From Acidimicrobiia bacterium (GTDB taxonomy: Bacteria; Actinomycetota; Acidimicrobiia; Spongiisociales; ZC4RG35), in contig WHTL01000001.1 of the NCBI GenBank assembly GCA_009377735.1, positions 1 through 38,205 on the forward strand: a stretch of DNA of 38,205 nt, in the 5' to 3' direction. The notes beneath the pieces are model-generated. The model saw only the letters and a program-made list of their open reading frames with translations. It searched no databases and was not told where the DNA came from. Positions 33,658 to 38,205 of this stretch are shown here, piece after piece (the first letter of the stretch is position 1; each line of letters opens with the position of its first letter). Position numbers and translations under genes: made by a program.

Positions 33658-34641
33658 CTACATCGTCGGAGCGGGGTTCCCTGCCAGGAGGGCCTGAACA
33701 TGGCTGGGCTCGGCGTTGGCTCCGGATATGACGAGGACGGTGGGTCCGGCGGAAGGGACCACGGCACCCATGAGGAGGCCGGCGACCCCGACGGCACCGG
33801 CGCCTTCGACGACGAGGCGATGGTTGTCGAAGAGAAACCACATGGCCGTCCAGATGGCGTTCTCGTCTACCAGAACGACGTCCTGGACCAGCCGGGACAC
33901 GATATCGAAGGTGTAGCGGTTGTCGAGCCCAATATCGCCCAGAAGTGAGTCGGCGAGCGTTGGCTCTTCCTCGAGATCGACGGGCTTACCCGCCTCCAGG
34001 CTGGTAGCCATCACGGCGGCGCGTTCCATGGAAACACCAATGGGCTGGGTAGCGACCGATGCCTCGTGCAGAGCAGTGGCAATACCCGCCAACAGACCCC
34101 CACCCGATAGGGGTACCAGGATGCTTGCCACCTCAGGCAGATCCTCTAGTACCTCGGCGGCAATGGTTGCCTGGCCGGCGATGACCTCAGGGTCGTCGAA
34201 CGGATGAACAAAGGCAGCACCGGTTTCTTCGGCGATCTCGTGTGCCCGTTGCAGGGCCACCGTCTGTGAGTCACCAACCACCTCTACGGTGGCACCCACC
34301 GCGTGGAGAGCGTCGAGTTTGCCATGGGGGACACCGTGGGAGACGCAGACGGTTGCTCGTATGTCGAGGGATCGAGCCACATACGACACCGCTCGACCGT
34401 GGTTACCCGTCGACGCGGTCACGACGCCAAGACTGCGTTCTTCCTCCGGAATGGACAGGATCTTCGAGGTTGCGCCCCTCACCTTGAAGGAGCCAGTGGG
34501 CTGAACAGATTCCAGCTTGAGATAGACGTCGGTCCCGACCTGATCACTCAGTTCGGGGGCAGGGACTAGTGGGGTTCGCACCACCCGCCCGTGGAGACGC
34601 TCGCGGGCAGATCTAATGTCGATCTCAGGTAACGACGACAT
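33658..34641 (-). CDS. PLP-dependent threonine/serine dehydratase-family enzyme (EutB-like)
   Basis: Motifs KLESVQPTGSFKVRGA (PLP lysine), ASTGNHG and LSGGGL. ATG 34641 overlaps the end of the upstream OCD gene. Confidence 0.8.
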   Translation of the reverse strand: MSSLPEIDIRSARERLHGRVVRTPLVPAPELSDQVGTDVYLKLESVQPTGSFKVRGATSKILSIPEEERSLGVVTASTGNHGRAVSYVARSLDIRATVCVSHGVPHGKLDALHAVGATVEVVGDSQTVALQRAHEIAEETGAAFVHPFDDPEVIAGQATIAAEVLEDLPEVASILVPLSGGGLLAGIATALHEASVATQPIGVSMERAAVMATSLEAGKPVDLEEEPTLADSLLGDIGLDNRYTFDIVSRLVQDVVLVDENAIWTAMWFLFDNHRLVVEGAGAVGVAGLLMGAVVPSAGPTVLVISGANAEPSHVQALLAGNPAPTM

Positions 34642-35614
34642 CACCCACCCCCGCCTTTGTGGCCCACTCCACCACCAACCCGGCGATGGCAGTGTCCTGG
34701 GCACCCGTTCCGGTGAGGTCGCAAACCGTCACTTGCTCAGAGCTGGTGCGACCGGGGTGCGTCCCCGATACGACCTCACCCAGCTGCACCAGGGTGGATT
34801 CGTCGAAACCCTCCGCGATGGCGGCACGGGCTTCACCCAACCGCAGACTCTGGGCGACGGAGTCGACCACCACCAGGTCGGCGGTTGCGAGAACCCCCGG
34901 GCCCAGCTCGCGCTTGTGCTCGGCGTCAGAGCCGATAGCCGTTACATGAAGACCCCGATGGAGGTGACGTTCTTCTAGGACCCCGTCAGTCGCCGGTGTG
35001 GTGGTAACCACGATGTCTGCATCGGCGAGCGTCCCTTCGACCGTCCCGAATTCGCTGGCGTCGAGATCGAGCTCGGAACTCAAGACGCCGGCAAGGTCCT
35101 CGGCCTGCTCCTGGCGTCTTGCCCACACCGAGACGGTCTCGATCTCGGACACCAGTAGCAGTGCCTCCACCTGGAGTCTCGCCTGGACACCCGCCCCCAG
35201 GACAGCCACCCGCGACGCCTCCGGATTCGCCAGATGCCGGGCGGCGACGGCACCGGCGAGTGCCGTGCGTAGATCTGTGAGGTAGCCGTTGTCGAAGAGG
35301 GCAGCCGCGGGGACACCGGTCTCGGAGTCGAGCACCATCATGAATCCACCGAGGCTGGGGAGTCCCTTCTTTGGATTGTCGAAGAACCCAGCCGACACCT
35401 TCACCGCGATACCGGGATGCCCCGGCAGATAAGCGGTCTTGATATCCACTTCGCCGTTGTGGTCCTCCACATCCAACCGCATGATGGGTGGCATCACCGC
35501 CGAACCGTCGGCGATCAGCGGATATACCGACTCGATCGTCGTCAGCTCCTCTTCACCGAACCCGACGAGACCCCGGATCTGGGTCTCGGTGAGGACCGAC
35601 AGCTCGGTGGGCAC
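34625..35614 (-). CDS. Ornithine cyclodeaminase / mu-crystallin family NAD-dependent enzyme (EutC-like)
   Basis: OCD_Mu_crystall-like sequence with the Rossmann motif VLGAGVQA. GTG start. Confidence 0.8.
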   Translation of the reverse strand: MPTELSVLTETQIRGLVGFGEEELTTIESVYPLIADGSAVMPPIMRLDVEDHNGEVDIKTAYLPGHPGIAVKVSAGFFDNPKKGLPSLGGFMMVLDSETGVPAAALFDNGYLTDLRTALAGAVAARHLANPEASRVAVLGAGVQARLQVEALLLVSEIETVSVWARRQEQAEDLAGVLSSELDLDASEFGTVEGTLADADIVVTTTPATDGVLEERHLHRGLHVTAIGSDAEHKRELGPGVLATADLVVVDSVAQSLRLGEARAAIAEGFDESTLVQLGEVVSGTHPGRTSSEQVTVCDLTGTGAQDTAIAGLVVEWATKAGVGDVVVT

Positions 35615-35641
35615 TTAGTGCCCCCCACCGGAAATGCGCTG

Positions 35642-35751
35642 GTATTTCAACGGACAGCGACGCCGCTTGCTGCGTCCTCGCCCTCGACGCACCGCATCGG
35701 GTGCGCCTTCGTGCTGCGTCCTTGCCATCAACGCCGCTGCCTCGCCGAAAT
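35642..35751 (-). ncRNA. Candidate structured 3'-UTR RNA element, copy R1 (about 27 nt downstream of the Cys/Met-PLP gene stop)
   Basis: It shares ordered identical blocks with the copy at 37108-37214. Read on the minus strand, closing helix AUUUCGGCG/CGUUGAAAU and second helix GCAGCGGCG/CGUCGCUGU form with G-U pairs. Those pairs would be C-A mismatches on the plus strand. Confidence 0.55.
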
Positions 35752-35778
35752 GCGCGACCGCACTTCCGTTGGAGAGCA

Positions 35779-36960
35779 CTAGACGGCTTTGAGCGCCTGG
35801 TCGAGATCGGCGATTAGATCCTCGATGTCCTCGATACCGGCCGAATAGCGGATGAGGCCCTCGGGGATACCCAGGGCGGCTCGCTCCTCCTCGGTGCACT
35901 CGACGTGGCTGCTGGTTGCCGGTGCCGCCACGATGGTTTCCACGGCTCCGAGGTTGGCGGCGGCGTGGGCATGCCGCATTGCGGGAATGAACTTGCGAAC
36001 GGCATCGAGGTCACCCTCGAGCCCAAAGCTGAGCATGCCACCGAATCCGGTCATCTGTTTGGCAGCCACCTCGTGACCAGCGTGACCCGACAGGCCCGGA
36101 TAGTTCACCGATGTTACCCGTGGCTGGTTGAGGAGGTGCTCGGCGACGGCCTGGGCATTCTGGTTCTGACGCTCGATCCGGAGATGGAGGGTCTTCGTGC
36201 CCCGTAGGAGGAGGTAGGCCGCCATCGGATGGAGCGTGGCACCGTTGATCTCCCGGTAGGCGTAGACCTTCTCCACCAACTCTTCGCTACCCACAACTAC
36301 ACCACCGAGCGCATCGGCATGGCCACCGAGGAACTTGGTAGCGGAGTGGATCACAAGATCGGCCCCGAGTTCCAGCGGCTTCTGGTTGATGGGGGTGGCC
36401 ACCGTGTTATCGACGATCACCACGGCACCGGCGTCATGACCGGCCTTGGCGAGACGGGCCAAGTCGAGGACCTTCAGCGTTGGGTTGGTTGGTGTCTCCA
36501 GATATAGGACATCGCAGCCTTTGGCCAGTTCGGCTTCGATCTGCTCGTGGTCGTCGGTCTCACAGAGCTCGATGTCCACCCCGTACTGGGGGAGGTAATC
36601 GGCGAAGACGCGGTTGGTGCCCCCATAGGTGTCCTTGATCGAAACGACCCTTTTCCCGGGAGCGAGGAGGGCGAAGAGAGAGTTGGAGATGGCGGCCATT
36701 CCAGTGGAGGCCGAAGTGGCGGCCTTCCCACCCTCGAGGACCCGCACCTTCTCCTCGAATACTGCGACGGTGGGGTTGGAGTTACGACCGTAGATGTGGC
36801 CAGCCTCCTCCCCAACGGCGACCGACTTCCACTGCTCCACCTCACCGTATCCATAGGAGACGCTGTGAATCACGGGGACCTGGGTGGCGTCGCCGCCAAG
36901 GGCGCGGTGCTCGCCCGCCCACACTGCCTGCGTTCCTGGCGTTGGTACCTTTTCGCTCAT
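35779..36960 (-). CDS. Cys/Met-metabolism PLP-dependent enzyme (cystathionine gamma-synthase / gamma-lyase / methionine gamma-lyase family)
   Basis: Motifs [15 protein letters not shown] and SATKFLGGH (PLP lysine). I prefer ATG 36960, which lies 9 nt after GGAGG. The track start GTG 36966 is too close to the SD. Confidence 0.85.
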   Translation of the reverse strand: MSEKVPTPGTQAVWAGEHRALGGDATQVPVIHSVSYGYGEVEQWKSVAVGEEAGHIYGRNSNPTVAVFEEKVRVLEGGKAATSASTGMAAISNSLFALLAPGKRVVSIKDTYGGTNRVFADYLPQYGVDIELCETDDHEQIEAELAKGCDVLYLETPTNPTLKVLDLARLAKAGHDAGAVVIVDNTVATPINQKPLELGADLVIHSATKFLGGHADALGGVVVGSEELVEKVYAYREINGATLHPMAAYLLLRGTKTLHLRIERQNQNAQAVAEHLLNQPRVTSVNYPGLSGHAGHEVAAKQMTGFGGMLSFGLEGDLDAVRKFIPAMRHAHAAANLGAVETIVAAPATSSHVECTEEERAALGIPEGLIRYSAGIEDIEDLIADLDQALKAV

Positions 36961-37107
36961 GATCACTTACCTCCTCTGGTGCGGATAGATGTCGTGGCAC
37001 TTAGATGGCCGCGACTGTAGTGACTTGTTTGGAGTGGGATCGCGGCACTATCGATTGCCGCGAATATTGGTGTCACCACCTAGTGTCCTGGCCGGCTGAT
37101 CATGCAT

Positions 37108-37214
37108 GTATTTCAACGGCCCTTTTCACCCCTGGCTGCGTCCTCCGCCTCGACGAACCGCCAGTGCGTCTTCGTTGTGCGTCCTTGCCAGGAGCGAAAA
37201 TTGCTCGCCGAAAT
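37108..37214 (-). ncRNA. Candidate structured 3'-UTR RNA element, copy R2 (about 26 nt downstream of the GntR gene stop)
   Basis: It has the same conserved blocks as R1: gtatttcaacgg, ctgcgtcctc, tgcgtccttgcca, ctcgccgaaat. The closing helix is GUAUUUCGGCG/CGUUGAAAUAC. The second helix is replaced by the covarying pair UUUUCGCUCC/GGGGUGAAAA. Confidence 0.55.
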
Positions 37215-37240
37215 ACCAAGCGAACCAACCGGACAGGACA

Positions 37241-37912
37241 CTAGATCAGCGATCTGGTCAGGTACTGGTTGTAACGGTTGAGCAAGGTGGTTAAATGGTC
37301 GGATCGAAACTTGGCCATCAGGTCTGCCGAACCCGTCTCGAGTGCGTCGAGGCAATCGTCGATCTCGGCGACCATGATCCGCACCTCCTCATCCCAATCC
37401 ATGTCGGGTAGCACCTGGATCCAGACCCGTGCGGTGCGACGGAACAGACGATCGGCGATTTCCCTGAGCGGTTCATTTCCGATCGTGCTCAGGAGGGTTT
37501 CGTGGAACTGGTTGTAGTGGTGGCCGAGTAGTCGGGCATCGCGTTTGGAGGAGTCGGTTAGGGTCGCCGCCCTTATTTCGTGCAATCTCTCGATGGTTCC
37601 CACCGGCACTGGAACAATCATGAAGTCGGCGAATAGCTCTGTGAGCTTGAGCCGAAGCGAGTAGACGTCCCGCATCGATTTGAGGTCAACCCCCGATACC
37701 GAGGTGCCACCGCCCGGTTGGCGGGTAACCAAACCATCGATGCGCAGCTTGGTGAGTGCCTCTCGCACGGGAGTGCGGCTCACCCCAAACTCCTCGGCAA
37801 TTGCCTGCTCACGAAGGGGTGTGCCAGGGGGCAACTCGAGAATGCAGATCCGGTCCCTCAGCTGCTCATAGATTCGGTCGGCGGTGAACCGCTTCTCGGC
37901 TTCCTTGCTCAT
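37241..37912 (-). CDS. GntR-family transcriptional regulator (FadR/FCD subfamily)
   Basis: The wHTH segment reads AIAEEFGVSRTPVREALTKLRIDGLV, followed by a helical C-domain. Confidence 0.85.
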   Translation of the reverse strand: MSKEAEKRFTADRIYEQLRDRICILELPPGTPLREQAIAEEFGVSRTPVREALTKLRIDGLVTRQPGGGTSVSGVDLKSMRDVYSLRLKLTELFADFMIVPVPVGTIERLHEIRAATLTDSSKRDARLLGHHYNQFHETLLSTIGNEPLREIADRLFRRTARVWIQVLPDMDWDEEVRIMVAEIDDCLDALETGSADLMAKFRSDHLTTLLNRYNQYLTRSLI

Positions 37913-38158
37913 TCGGTGGAATGCTCCTCGGTCTCATGTCTGCCGAACAGGACTTCGAACCGCTGTTGATAAGGGACGGGCAGGAATCCAGCCCACGTTC
38001 TAGCTTCACCGTCTAGGGTATACCGAACGTATCCATACTGGGTTCCGATTGCGTGGAATTTGGACACTGATTAGCGTTTGAATGTCCTTCACGAGTGGAG
38101 CGTGTGGAACAAGAACTGAAAATACCATTTGAAATTGCAAGGGCCATAGGAGGTTCAC

Positions 38159-38205
38159 ATGACCCTACGAGCAAAGAAGTACAGCCGACTCTTGGCAATC
38201 CTCAC
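38159..38205 (+). CDS. 5' end of a secreted/lipoprotein-like gene (probably a transporter binding protein); truncated by the window end
   Basis: ATG 38159 lies 6 nt after TAGGAGG. It reads MTLRAKKYSRLLAIL, a basic n-region followed by the start of a hydrophobic core. It is divergent from the GntR gene. Confidence 0.4.
   Translation, partial: MTLRAKKYSRLLAIL

Noticed and set aside
36961-37107. Looked for SAM, SAH or cobalamin riboswitches upstream of the Cys/Met-PLP gene. Also looked upstream of the ABC/AhcY operon (7763-7892).
   Set aside because: No conserved cores of the SAM-I, SAM-II, SAM-IV, SAH or B12 classes were recognisable by eye. I found only short hairpins and palindromes. This should be confirmed with cmscan.
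37005-37244. 79-aa plus-strand ORF, and the analogous ORF at 35417-35782
   Set aside because: Both are translations of the R1/R2 repeat elements. Their similarity is at the nucleotide level with indels, and both lie between well-supported minus-strand genes.
37913-38158. Visibly lower-GC 246-nt stretch at the window end
   Set aside because: It is most simply the divergent promoter region between the GntR gene and the truncated downstream gene. I found only weak inverted repeats (ATAC-N5-GTAT and GGACA-N16-TGTCC) and no sign of a mobile-element boundary.
1-38205. Scan for defence systems, toxin-antitoxin pairs, integrases, transposases, phage genes or CRISPR
   Set aside because: Every ORF with convincing coding character is assignable to metabolism, transport or regulation. 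I saw no nuclease, ATPase, RT or integrase-like sequences and no short-period repeat arrays.

Overview
High-GC (actinobacterial-type, inferred from composition) chromosomal segment densely packed with metabolic and transport operons. Most genes within an operon are translationally coupled through ATGA/GTGA stop-start overlaps.

Gene content, in window order:
- NuoF-like 3' fragment.
- A nest of noncoding repeats (730-1466).
- A minus-strand operon: polar amino-acid ABC importer, two diverged S-adenosylhomocysteine-hydrolase paralogues and an MTA/SAH-deaminase-like amidohydrolase (1457-7762).
- Class I fructose-bisphosphate aldolase.
- LivKGFHM-type branched-chain amino-acid ABC transporter.
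- An aromatic-catabolism island (13.8-25 kb). It holds a frameshifted ligU/galD-like tautomerase, ligK, ligJ, a GntR regulator, a type I extradiol dioxygenase, a CoA-transferase pair and pobA-pcaC-pcaHG-pcaB-pcaD.
- Core-only MetE-like methyltransferase.
- tRNA-Asp and tRNA-Phe.
- Zn-ADH, VOC protein and a hotdog thioesterase.
- thiBPQ behind a clear TPP riboswitch.
- Two adjacent frameshifted genes (alpha/beta hydrolase, TesB-like thioesterase).
- A GntR / Cys-Met PLP enzyme / ornithine cyclodeaminase / threonine-dehydratase-like cluster.

I recognised no transposase, integrase, CRISPR, phage or defence genes.

The most unusual items:
1. The transporter plus double-AhcY plus deaminase operon, in which one paralogue has lost three catalytic histidines.
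2. A ~110-nt element present twice in 3' UTRs, with helices supported by covariation and G-U asymmetry.
3. A 286-nt tandem noncoding duplication.
4. A fixed-length 49-nt intergenic element in four copies.
5. Four reading-frame disruptions in three genes.
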